A program made the position numbers and the translations under genes. DNA of 59,956 nt, filler included, from Basidiobolus meristosporus CBS 931.73 (taxonomy: Eukaryota; Fungi; Basidiobolomycota), in NCBI GenBank assembly GCA_002104905.1. It is 3 parts of 3 records of this genome, joined end to end, with 100 filler letters (N's around TTAATTAATTAA, not from the genome) between each part and the next. Parts side by side here need not be neighbours in the genome. Positions count along the whole stretch, not along the records: positions 40,818 to 59,956 come from MCFE01001042.1; 2 more parts are not named here. The stretch is one strand, 5' to 3'. The notes beneath the pieces were generated by a model. It saw only the letters and a list, made by a program, of their open reading frames with translations, searched no databases and had not been told where the DNA came from. This document shows, piece after piece, positions 47,584-57,900 of the stretch (within the stretch, counting starts at the first letter, position 1; every line of letters starts with the position of its first letter).

Positions 47584-47824
47584 TTGTTGAATATCTAAGA
47601 CAAAGACGCCCTTTTGACCCTTTGGTAGGACTGTATTACAATCTGATATTTTGACTGTGCCCATGCACGCATACCTCCAGTTTAAATAGTATACAAAGTG
47701 TAACCATTCAAAAGGGTATGATTCACACCTCTGAAATGGCTCTTCCTACCCAATCCTATAAAACACATGTCAAGCAACAAAAGACTCTTGATGCCAACCA
47801 GTAATCAGTACAAAAAGAGAAAGC

Positions 47825-47898
47825 CACCCCCGGTGGGACTCAAAACCACAATCCTCAGATTAGAAGTCTGATGCCTTATCCAATTAGGCCACAGGGGC
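47825..47898 (-). tRNA. tRNA-Arg(TCT)
   Basis: TCAGA-CTTCTAA-TCTGA. Confidence 0.9.
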
Positions 47899-48057
47899 AT
47901 TTTGTTCTTGTTCCCTTTGTTTTGCGTATAGATGTAAACTAAATGAAGTACTATGCGGTGATTCCCTTGTGACTCTAGTGACTGTATTCTTATGACCGTC
48001 CAAATTTCTGCCAAACCTTAGCCAATTCTAAGTAACATTGGCTAAAAAAATAAAAAT

Positions 48058-48130
48058 TGCCGTCTCTGCAGATCAAACGCAGGTCCTTCAGAACTTCAGT
48101 CTGATGCTCTCCCAACCAAGCTATGGCGGC
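48058..48130 (-). tRNA. tRNA-Phe(GAA)
   Basis: TCAGA-CTGAAGT-TCTGA. Confidence 0.85.
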
Positions 48131-48373
48131 TATACATTTGCTTGAATATTGAGTATGAAGTAAGTTAGTTGACTAATAGTGTAAGATAGTGTCATCACTA
48201 CCTTGGGCAAGCCCTGTTTGCCATAGTATCTGCAATACATCCTGTAGTCATGGCATTCTCTGGATAATAGTTATTTTAATGAATCGCAGTAACCCGTATG
48301 GATTTTGTACTACTTAGCCCCTTTTTAACTACTAAGGTGATATATCTGATTAAGATTTGGTTGCAAGCATTTT

Positions 48374-48447
48374 GCTCTTGTGGCGCAATTGGCTAGCGCA
48401 TCTGACTGTTAATCAGGAGGTTGGTGGTTCAAGCCCACCCAGGAGTG
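48374..48447 (+). tRNA. tRNA-Asn(GTT)
   Basis: CTGA-CTGTTAA-TCAG. Confidence 0.92.
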
Positions 48448-48668
48448 ATTACCTTTTGCTTGAAGCTTTAGCACTCCCTTTTTTGCTATTCAGCTGGAAA
48501 TGGGTTAGGAGTCTGGGGTATATTTGTATGTGCCACACACATGTTACTGTCAACTATCTACTTTAATGAATGTACTTGAATACTGAAGCAAAGAGCTGCA
48601 CCGCCATTATCCAAGGAGTAAAACTCAAAACTTCTCAGCCAATTAATGTAGCTGGGACAAAACAAGAC

Positions 48669-48754
48669 TCCAAACACCCGGATTTGAACCAGGGACCTAA
48701 AGATTGCTATGGTAACACTACAGTCTTCTGCTCTACCCACTGAGCTATGTTTGG
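48669..48754 (-). tRNA. tRNA-Tyr(GTA) with ~13-nt intron
   Basis: AAGA-CTGTAG | TGTTACCATAGCA | ATCTT; intron at the canonical 37/38 site. Confidence 0.88.
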
Positions 48755-48854
48755 GAGCTCACAGGAGTCAGAACCAATATCAATGATAAACTAGATGTTT
48801 CAAATAATTGCAGCATTCCCATAGATTCCTTTATAACAACTGGAACGTGAAAAT

Positions 48855-48937
48855 GGAGAGATGGACAAGTTGGTCTAAGGTGTCACATAAAGGCCGTGAT
48901 CTCTTTGGAGGCGTGGGTCTGAATCCCACTCTCTTCA
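48855..48937 (+). tRNA. tRNA-Leu(AAG), long variable arm
   Basis: TCAC..TAAAGGC..GTGA; variable arm CTCTTTGGAG. Confidence 0.85.
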
Positions 48938-49184
48938 TTTGTTTTTGCTCTCTTCTTTTTCCTGGTATTTCTCTTGACCTTTGGGATGTACACCACCGGT
49001 GATCAGGTAGAGCAACAATTTTATGACATGGCCACTTCACTATATGGATAGCCACTATGATTATGCTCAGTTTAGGCATTGATATGATTGATTTGCCCGC
49101 ACAGCATTGATGAATATCTTGGCAAATCCCCACGCTTACAAAAAAACCAGCAGCACCTACATTCAGGTAGAGCCCTTGGCAAAA

Positions 49185-49257
49185 TGCCTTCTGCCGGAAT
49201 TCAACCAGCAACCTTCTGCTTACTAGGCAGATGCTCTGCCAACTGAGCCAAGAAGGC
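49185..49257 (-). tRNA. tRNA-Thr(AGT)
   Basis: TCTGC-CTAGTAA-GCAGA; GCCTTCT/AGAAGGC acceptor stem. Confidence 0.9.
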
Positions 49258-49815
49258 AACATGTCTGAGCATACTAGATGGGCTCTATGAGGAAAATACC
49301 TAAGCAAGAGTCTTATTCTATAAGGCTATTTGGGGTGATAAACTGATGTAGCACCAGAGCCATGATGTCAGAAGGTAGGGTGGCATGATTGTGCGCAACA
49401 ATGATAGGTTTGAATTGCAGTTGAACATACCCACAGAGTGGCTAACCAGATGATAAACCGTAAGGCAGTTATGCCAAAAGTTTTGGCAGCCGGCAGTGTT
49501 GTTTTGAGGGGCAGTTTAGCCTTGATATTTTGCATTGATTAACTAACCCTAATCAAAGGAGGAAACATGCACATTCCTGGGTATATGACTTGGCCATCCA
49601 AGTCCTTTTTCTGTTTTATCAGCTTTATGGTGAGTAAGGTAAGAAGCAACACCTGTGTCCAAGCAGGCACATAACTCCTACTCTTGCCATTCCCAGCAAA
49701 ACAGCAACAATACAGTAAGCCAGATGCAGCTAGCCAACAAAATAATGAAACATATTATCTCATGTGTCCAGGTATTGCTCAAAGAAAGGAAATTGCAAAG
49801 ACACCTACAGCAAAA

Positions 49816-49886
49816 TGCATACTTGGGGAATTGAACCCTGGTCTACCGTGTGGCAGGCGGTAATTATACCACTAAACCAAGTATGC
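49816..49886 (-). tRNA. tRNA-Gly(GCC)
   Basis: ACCGC-CTGCCAC-ACGGT; GCATACT/AGTATGC acceptor stem. Confidence 0.9.
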
Positions 49887-50012
49887 AATTACAATAGGGG
49901 GGCAGAAAGGTAGTTCATGATAATATTCAGGGGAAGCAGTGCACAACTTTGGATGTCACCACCAAAGGCTAAAGAGATTCATAGTCCACCAGCTGGCAAG
50001 TATATGCTATAA

Positions 50013-50085
50013 GGGTGTATGGCCAAATGGATAAGGTGCCTGACTACAGATCAGGAGATTCCAGGTTCAATCCCTGGTATGCTTG
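50013..50085 (+). tRNA. tRNA-Arg(ACG)-like body whose anticodon now reads ACA
   Basis: ATGGCCAAATGGATAAGG D-arm and CCTGA-CTACAGA-TCAGG; ACG>ACA is a CpG transition. Confidence 0.8.
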
Positions 50086-50293
50086 CTATTATGCAACCAA
50101 CATTTTGTAGTCTACAACTATGAGAAAATGTTACATGCAATGAATCAATGAAATACCATTGAAGGAGAGGTCAATTCATCAAGTGTGCTGAGTTCTTAGT
50201 CACAAAAGCATAACATTGGTGAATAAAATATTGGCTTATCTAGCCAAACATACAGTGTACTTAGTCAAGAATGTATTTAAATTCAAAAAGGTT

Positions 50294-50365
50294 TTCCCCA
50301 TCAGGGAATCAAACCCTGGCCGTCTCAGTGAGAGCAAGAAATCCTAACCACTGGACCAATGAGGA
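50294..50365 (-). tRNA. tRNA-Glu(CTC)
   Basis: CTTG-CTCTCAC-TGAG; body nearly the same as the Glu(TTC) copy. Confidence 0.88.
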
Positions 50366-50392
50366 CAAACACAGAAGAGCTGAGGACATACA

Positions 50393-50646
50393 TCAGGTAC
50401 TCAATACCCATGGCACTCTGAATCTAGCTCCTGTGGCTTGTAACATGTCACAAAAATGCATGGCACTATCTTGGTCCACTGATATTATCTGGCACTATAA
50501 GTGCTTTGTATAGATCTTACTTTAGGGCTAATAATTATATATAGTGCCAGATAATATCAGTGGACCAAGATAGTGCCATGCATTTTTGTGACATGTTACA
50601 AGCCACAGGAGCTAGATTCAGAGTGCCATGGGTATTGAGTACCTGA
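50393..50646. repeat. Perfect 107-bp inverted repeat with a 40-bp spacer
   Basis: 50393-50499 is the exact reverse complement of 50540-50646. Confidence 0.97.
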
Positions 50647-50699
50647 CACATGTCTTCAGTTCTTCTATGCACTTACGCATCCTGCACTACATTGACCAA

Positions 50700-50885
50700 A
50701 AAAAAAGGTCAGAAAATGGATTTTCTCCAATACAATGGGTGAAGCACAGGGTTGGCTTTGCATAAAGATGCAGAGCTATGTTTCACACTCTGTGGCCAAG
50801 TATAGGTTCACTTATCCTCCCTGGCATACTATGGCATCATTTAGCACTCATGGTTCAATGTGGTACTATCCAATAGAACAAATCT
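50700..50885 (-). repeat. Right terminal inverted repeat
   Basis: Ends ...GTGGTACTATCCAATAGAACAAATCT|ATT. Confidence 0.85.
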
Positions 50886-51420
50886 ATTTACTCAAGTGGC
50901 CTTTTGAAGCCATTTCTACTAAAAGTACATTGGAAGCATTGGGAGCCATATGTGGACACTGTACAAATACTTATCCAGAAGCAGATCAACAATGCCAACT
51001 TGATGCATCTAGAGCCTTTGTGCAAAGAGTTTATGGTAGGATTTGAGCAGCTATACTACAAGCATAAAGCTGAATGTGTAGATATCTACTACTACTAGTT
51101 CCATTTTCTACTTCATCTTGCTTGGTGTGTTGAAAATAATAACCTTGCTTCACCTTTTGAGAGTTTCCTATCAAGCAGATGTGTAGCAACATGGGAAGAC
51201 AAGTCAAGTTGCAGGTACTACCCTATCCCAATTTTGTAAATGTTACCTTCAAGCCCATCATGGATGTGATGAGTTGGCAAATGGAGGACAGCCACAAAGA
51301 GTTGCAAAATACTGAGGATAGATGTACACATGGAGACACCTATGCCTATGGCTTTAAGAAGCTAAGTGGCCCCTATGCATGGGTACTCAGTTAATAATCA
51401 AAATTGGGTTGGGTGCAACA
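50886..51420 (+). pseudogene. EnSpm/CACTA-like transposase, 3' continuation
   Basis: IYSSGLLKPFL..HWKHW..FEQLYY..FHFLLHLA..PYPNF. Confidence 0.75.
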
Positions 51421-51559
51421 AGCAACTAGTTTTCATTTAGAAACTCTATTAAGGTGTGTCTGATTTCTCTTGGTCACAAGCCAACTTCTACACCATTGAA
51501 TACCATAGCCACATAGTATTGTTTGATTTAATCTAAATGTGAAATACCCAAGGTAGTGA

Positions 51560-51711
51560 CTAATACTACTGATTTGATAGTTAAAACTGTTATACTGAAC
51601 AGTTAAACAAAAAATTAATTGATTTGACTAAAAACTGGTATAAGTTAGGCATTCAATTTGCAGATCATAACACTGTAATATCTTGCCAATCTTTCAAATT
51701 TCTAGAGTAGC
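51560..51711 (-). repeat. Fragment of a gypsy LTR related to 54921-55288
   Basis: Shares TAATTGATTTGACTAAAAACTG...GCAGATCATAACA. Confidence 0.6.
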
Positions 51712-53440
51712 AAAAAGGGCTTATTCAGCTGAAGTGCTCAGTATACAACTAGGCCATTAGAATAGGGATATTGTGGAAGAGCAAATGCATTGCTCTTGGT
51801 GGAAAGCTTTTGCTCCAAAAATACCCTCTATCTTAAGTATCTCTGGCTTCCCATTAATTCCTTATTCTGGCTAATGGCTTATGGCTTACCAGCTTTGCAC
51901 CAATTGTATGCTGACCTTTATACATTCTCACTGTGGGAGGATGATGTTCCTAGTATTGGTGTATAGAAAATAACAAAACATGTGAGTTCTGGAGTAAATC
52001 CTCAAATCTCACTTGTACAATGAAAATACCTTCCATTGTGCCCAGAGGAGCCAGCCATCTGGCTGATGGCTGGGGTATCTCCAATGCAGATAATGAAATA
52101 CTCTTGGATATTACAGTTTTTTTGTAGTATCCTGCAGAAAAGCATACAAAATCTATAGCAATGAATACAGATAGCTTTTCAGGTAGGATGGTAATTTAGG
52201 CTTATATAATGGTGAGACCATCATCTGATTTGTGCTCTAATAGAGTAAGATGGGCTGCAGATTCAGTATGATGATAATTAGTGGCCATTAGTGCTTGCTG
52301 TTAGAGTGCTTGTTTAATGAGAATCCATCAAGTGCAAAGGCAAAGGCATTTTAATACATACCTTGAAAGAGGCCCTTGCTTCTTTGCTGTTTGCAATGTA
52401 TACCTTCAAATATTTTGCATAAGTTTGCCCTTGATTGCTACTTGACTTGTTCTGTTGGATAGTGCCACATTGAGACATGAGTACTAAATGATGCCATAGT
52501 GTGCTGGAGAGGCCAAGTGAGCCTATAATTGGCCACAGAGTGTGTTGGTCAGATATTTTCAGCCACCTGGTGGTTGTCTATTTGTACCATGTACATTACA
52601 AGTTGCATCCTGAAATGCTTTTGGCAGGTAGTAGTACAAAATCCTCAAAGCCCCCATTACTGATATTTGTGGAAACATGCCACTTCTTTAGGCATAATAT
52701 CACATCATTCACCAGTAGAAGGATTATTGGGCCCATTTAGCTCCATTAGGTATGCTTAGTGTTTCTTCTATGGGTGCTGTGTCATTGCATATTAGTATCT
52801 TGCCAAGCTCAGGCAGAGTACTGATGTCAGGAGATATTGGCTTACAACCCATCAGCAAGCCTTCTTCATAGGATATATTACTCCACATGTCATATTTAGC
52901 AGGCTGAGGTGAGCCTAAAGGCGGCTCAAGCTCACCTGACTGAGTTTGCGCAAGGTGGCTAGGTGCTCTTTTAGAAGTATCAAGCTGCTGTCAAGATATT
53001 GCTGGTACAGGAGTGGCTGATTAATGGTCAAATATGACTTGAGTTGCATTGACTGTCTGTAAAACTTATAATACTTCCTTTGCCATCTGCATTCTTCATA
53101 GCTGAGAGGCCTGTTACAGTAGCCACATGGTCTTTTTCTCTTTTCCTACAGTCTTGTCCATGAGGCAAACAGTTTGACACTCAACAGCATAACACTATTA
53201 TATCACTTTTTGTCAATATTTATGTGAATTTTGGATATTCTTGAATTTAAGACATTGGACTTGTTCCATTGTGCCATTGGTCATAGTGCCAGAAAGAGCT
53301 GTATATTTTATTATTAATTTGCTATTCTAGGGTCATATGCATGTCAATTTTGATCCCAAATTGGCACTGTATGGCACCATCTGGCATGCTATGGCACTAT
53401 CAGGCACTATGATCAGCTGGAGTGATGGAACAAGTTTATT
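51712..53440 (-). mobile_element. Second, inverted, diverged EnSpm/CACTA-like copy with its 5' terminus
   Basis: Reverse complement aligns to 43255-44930; cluster of GTGCCA motifs at 53265-53410. Confidence 0.75.
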
Positions 53441-53784
53441 GCAACTTTATGAGTGTGAGATTTGATGATGACCAGCCATAGTAAGCAATTTAAGTAAAGT
53501 TATATCATTAAATACACAAGTATATGTGACACTTTTTCCCCTTTGGTATGAGCCATTACTATATATGTGGCCAGAAATTAACACAAAGTTGTCAGGTCCC
53601 AAACCAACCCCAATGATCACTGCCACAGAAGAACAGCAGGACAACCACTTGTGTAGACATTCAGTGCAACAAGCATGACTACATCCAAAAAAGGCCATGT
53701 TGTCAGTGTGCACACTGAAGGTAATAATGCTAATTTCTCAGGCTCTCAGTCAAGTAGGCAAATGAGAATCAGTGAGGTGCTGCT

Positions 53785-54050
53785 GTAGTGGTCTAAAAGT
53801 CCAAGGAAGAGATACATCTAACACTTCTCTAGTATTTTGTGTATAGGGTATTCACTTGATGCAATGACCTTGGGCAAAAGCTTCATAGGAATACGTGGGC
53901 GCGGTCTCAACTCTAATGTGAGGGGTAATAAAGCCACAAACATGTCTAGGGAAAACTATTAAGCTACAATCCCTAACTTAATTGGCATCTTGGCAAATGA
54001 ATGTGCCACCCTCATTGTCCTTTGAGATGACTATGTACTAAAGCTTCCAA
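53785..54050 (+). repeat. Partial LTR of the 57447-58517 family
   Basis: TGTAGTGG...AAGTCCAAG...CTAAAGCTTCCAAA. Confidence 0.7.
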
Positions 54051-54920
54051 ATAAATATTTTTCCCTTTACCTTTTCCTTCATCACTACCAGGTCTTTCAT
54101 TGCCACTTTGTCTGCATGCGTCTTGTAAAGAACTACATTTTCTCCTTGATAAATTCTGCTCTGATGCATCTGTTTTGGCCTGGTTGTCCCTTGCCAGCAC
54201 TTTTCTGCAACCTGATGTTTCTTTCTTGCTTGTTTTGAGCTCTGAACCATAGTTGTGACAGGCTCCTGTAAAAGCTGCTGTTTTTTATCACTTTCAGCTC
54301 CTTCACTGCTACTTTGACTAAGTACTTCTAGAGTGGTACTATGCTTTTTCCTCAATAAATGTTATGCTGATGGATCTATGTCTGCCTGCTTGTCCCTAAT
54401 TGGCATTCTTCCAGCTACCTGATGTTAACACTTTTCTGGAGCTTCCAGCCCTGCTTGTGATGGGCTCTTGAGAAAGCCATTGGTTTTTAACATGGCACTC
54501 TTATTCTTCTGCCTTTGATAGTTTCTGCCATTCTTAAGATACTGTCTTGGCATACCAATGCTGGCACAAACTCCATTTGCCTATTTGGATCCAGGATAAT
54601 GCTCAGGGAACAAGTCAAGTGCAGTCTGCTTGGCCTCAAGCTCCTAATGGTCCTATGGTATAGTGACCTGTTAGTGATGGTAAAACACCACATTGTCTCC
54701 CTCACACATTGTGATAAGTATTTCAGTGGGCTTTATCTTACAACACTGTTGTTGTGCTTCAAAGACTGTACAGTGTTCCTCCGCTGTTAGATTGGGAAAT
54801 GGCTCAATTCTTGGCTGTGACATTGAGCTACTGGAGTTCCTTCCTTGCAGCAAAAATACTGCTTTCTCTGCCTGGGATATTGATTGCTCTACATGTATTT
54901 TCTACTCATCCTGCTTCTGC
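54051..54920 (-). mobile_element. Decayed gypsy gag-like remnant
   Basis: Fragmentary ORFs resembling 41450-42000. Confidence 0.4.
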
Positions 54921-57900
54921 TGTTACAAGTCTTAGTATAAGAGTTGTAGAGGAATAGGGAGTTTAGCTAGTATTGTATTCACTAAAGCTTGAACTGATTT
55001 TTATTGAGGTTCCAGCAGCTCCTTATATACATTCTGTCAGATCAATTGCTGACTAATTGTATTTCCTAATGTAGGTTGTGGCTGATGACTCATTTGATTG
55101 CATCATCATCACCCAATAAGATCCTACTTAATATATCTATTTCTGTCTGATAAGGATCTGCTGATTCATTTGCTGACTAATGCTACTGATTTCAAAGATA
55201 ATACTGATATACTGATAACCTAAACATATACTAATTGATTTGACTAAAAACTGATCTAACTTAAACATTCAAGCAGCAGATCATAACATTCTCCCCTACT
55301 AAAGTTGAGGGGGTTCTCCTGAATCTCTTTTCTTGTGATACCAATATCTTGATGGTTCAGTATTGTCAGCAAGTCTTGCAAGCTTGAGTCTGTCCTTATG
55401 CACTAAGTCTTCTGGGATATTACCTTGTTTGTCCACCAGTTGGTAAGTTGCAAATGGACATTCTCTGATGATCTTGAGTGGTCCTGTCCATTGTGGCTCA
55501 AACTTCTTCCAAGTGTTGTTTCTTAGCAATACAAAGTTCCCAACTGTCAATGCTTCTGGTGCTATAGTCTTATCAAATCTCTGCTTCATCTTTTCTGCAC
55601 TTTGAGATACTTTGGTCTGTGCCTCTTGACGTCTTTGTTCCAGTTGCTGGTGTCTACTTGGCTGACTGAGTTCATCTTCTAAGGTGTCTGTAAGCTTTGG
55701 TGGTGTGAGATCTCCTGGAATTCTTGGTTCACATCCATAAACTAAGTAAAATGGTGATTGCTGGGTGGTGTTGTGTACTCTGACTCTGCATGCAAAGAGT
55801 GCTTGGTCTATATACTCATCCCATCTACTGACAACTCCATTTGCATACTAGGTCAGCATTTTTCCAAATAATCCATTAAACCGCTCAGTGACTCCATTAG
55901 TTCTGGGGTGATATGCCGAGGTTTTCAAGTGTCTGATCTGCTGCATTTCCAGGTAAGCCTCTAATGTCTTTGCCATAAAGTTCGCACCTCTATTGGATAA
56001 GATCTCCACAGGGCATCCAAACTTCATCAGGATCTCATGGTAAATGAAACTTGCAACTTCTTGTTCACTGGCTATTGGTACAGCTTTAGCAACTGGCCAT
56101 TTAGTGGCATGGTCAATAGCTACTAGGATCCAATGGTTGCATTTCCTGGTAGTTGGCAGTCTTCCAATAAAGTCAATTCCCCATCTCTCAAATGGTCTTA
56201 CAGGCTCCAAAGGGAAGAGTTTGGCAATTCTTTGTAGCTGGCCTTGATTGATTTGGCAGTTTGGGCATGTTTTCACTAGCTTCTCAATATCTTGTTTCAT
56301 TCTGGGCCACCATGCTCTGGCTTTTACAAGGCTATAGGTTCCTTCAATCCCAAGATGTCCATATCCATTGTGTAGCTTATGTATTAAATCCAGGCAAGCA
56401 ACATAAGGACAATAGGCAATAGGGCATCCATCAACAATTTGGTAGAGTGTTTCATCCTGTACAACAAATTTGCTGGCTTCATCACGGATTATCTTCTTGA
56501 TATCTTCATCCACCTCATTAGGAATGGCTTGGTCCTCCAAGTACTTTGGTAATAGGCTAGGCCAATCTGATTCATGCACCAAGTTGAGTTGTGCAACTTG
56601 ATCTAATCTTGATAAGACATCAGCAACCGTGTTGTTTTTTCCTGGGCAGTAGACAATCTCCAGGTCAAATTGCTGAATGTATTCACTCCATCTTGTCATT
56701 CTTCTAGAGAGTACCTTCTGAGTAAATATATACTTGAGGGAGGCATGATCAGTCTTCACAGTGCATTTGACTCCTTCAATATAGAATCTCCATGTCTTCA
56801 AACAGTGTATTATAGCAAGCATCTCCTTTTCATGGACTGGATAGTTTTGTTCTGCTGAGTTCAGTTTCTTGGATTCAAAGGCAACAGGGTAGTCCTTTCC
56901 CTCGTGTTCTTGGCTCAGCACTCCACCAATTGCATAATCTGAAGCATCTGTGCACAGAGTGAACTCTTTTCTGAAGTCTGGTATTCTTAGGCTTGGCAAC
57001 TTAGCAAGTTCATTCTTGAGCATCTGGAAGGCAGTCTCACAAGCTATGTCCCACTTGTAGGTATTGTCTTTCTTGAGGATATCAGTTAAAGGGGCTGCAA
57101 TACTTGCAAAAGACTTGACAAATCTCCGATAATAGGAAACCATTCCGAGGAATGATCTGAGTTCTGATATGCTATGGGGCTGCTTCAAATTCTTGATTAC
57201 TTCCACCTTCTTTGGGTCTAAGGTTACTCCTGTGCTAGTCACTATGTGTCCCAGGTATTCAACGTGCTCCTTGAAGAATTCACACTTGGCTAGCTTGCCA
57301 TATAGCTTGTTCTCTCTTAGTTTCTTCAAGACCTTTTCAATGTGCACTACATGATCCTCTTCTGTCTTGCTGTATATCAATATGTCATCCAGGTAGATTA
57401 TCACAAACTTGTCTAAGTACTCCTGAAAGACAGTCTGCATCAGCGTTGTGGTGGTGTATAAGTCCAAGGGAGAGATACGTCCAACACTTCTCAAGTGTTT
57501 TGTGTGTGGGGTGTTCACTGGGTGCGATAACCTCTGGCAAAAGCTTGCTAGGAATACTTGGGTTCTGTCTCTAATCTAATGTGAAGGGGAATAAAGCCAC
57601 AAGCTTGTCAAGGGAAAACTATTGAGCTACAATCCCCAACTTAGTTGGCGTCTTAACAAAAGTATGTGCTGGGTTCAGCGTCCTTTGAGATGACAATGTA
57701 CTAAAGCTTCCAAAGTCAAAACAACTGTAAACTCCACCAGCAGGGACTTGATAAGAATGCAGCTTTGGTCAATAGTTACAAAGACAGAAAAGTATTTTTG
57801 CCTGTACAAGAACAAACTTGGGAAAGAATCAAATATAATAAAAGATACCTACTCTGAGTATTCCTCACAAGTAGTGCCTCCAAGGTCAGTTGGCTGTCAG

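Larger units (their letters stand above)
45063..50885. mobile_element. Non-autonomous TIR DNA transposon carrying 17 tRNA genes
   Basis: TIRs ~45063-45248 and ~50700-50885; ATT at 45060-62 and 50886-88; its removal rejoins the transposase frame (W-I-C-I-Y-S-S-G-L-L). Confidence 0.85.

Noticed and set aside
48950-49800. Additional tRNAs, snRNAs or 5S genes in the longer spacers of the array
   Set aside because: I could not find cloverleafs or known signatures by eye; an Infernal/Rfam scan would settle it.
50013-50085. tRNA-Cys(ACA) call
   Set aside because: The body is Arg(ACG)-type and ACG>ACA is the prevailing CpG transition; a true Cys(GCA) is at 46309.
43255-53440. Composite transposon model: tRNA cluster bracketed by two inverted transposase copies
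   Set aside because: The left transposase continues in frame at 50886 after the TIR element, so nesting explains the layout better. The two copies are also quite diverged.
53447-53713. RING-like GCSHACCTECLHKW fragment
   Set aside because: Incomplete ligand set in CA/TG-rich decayed DNA, where Cys and His codons arise by chance.
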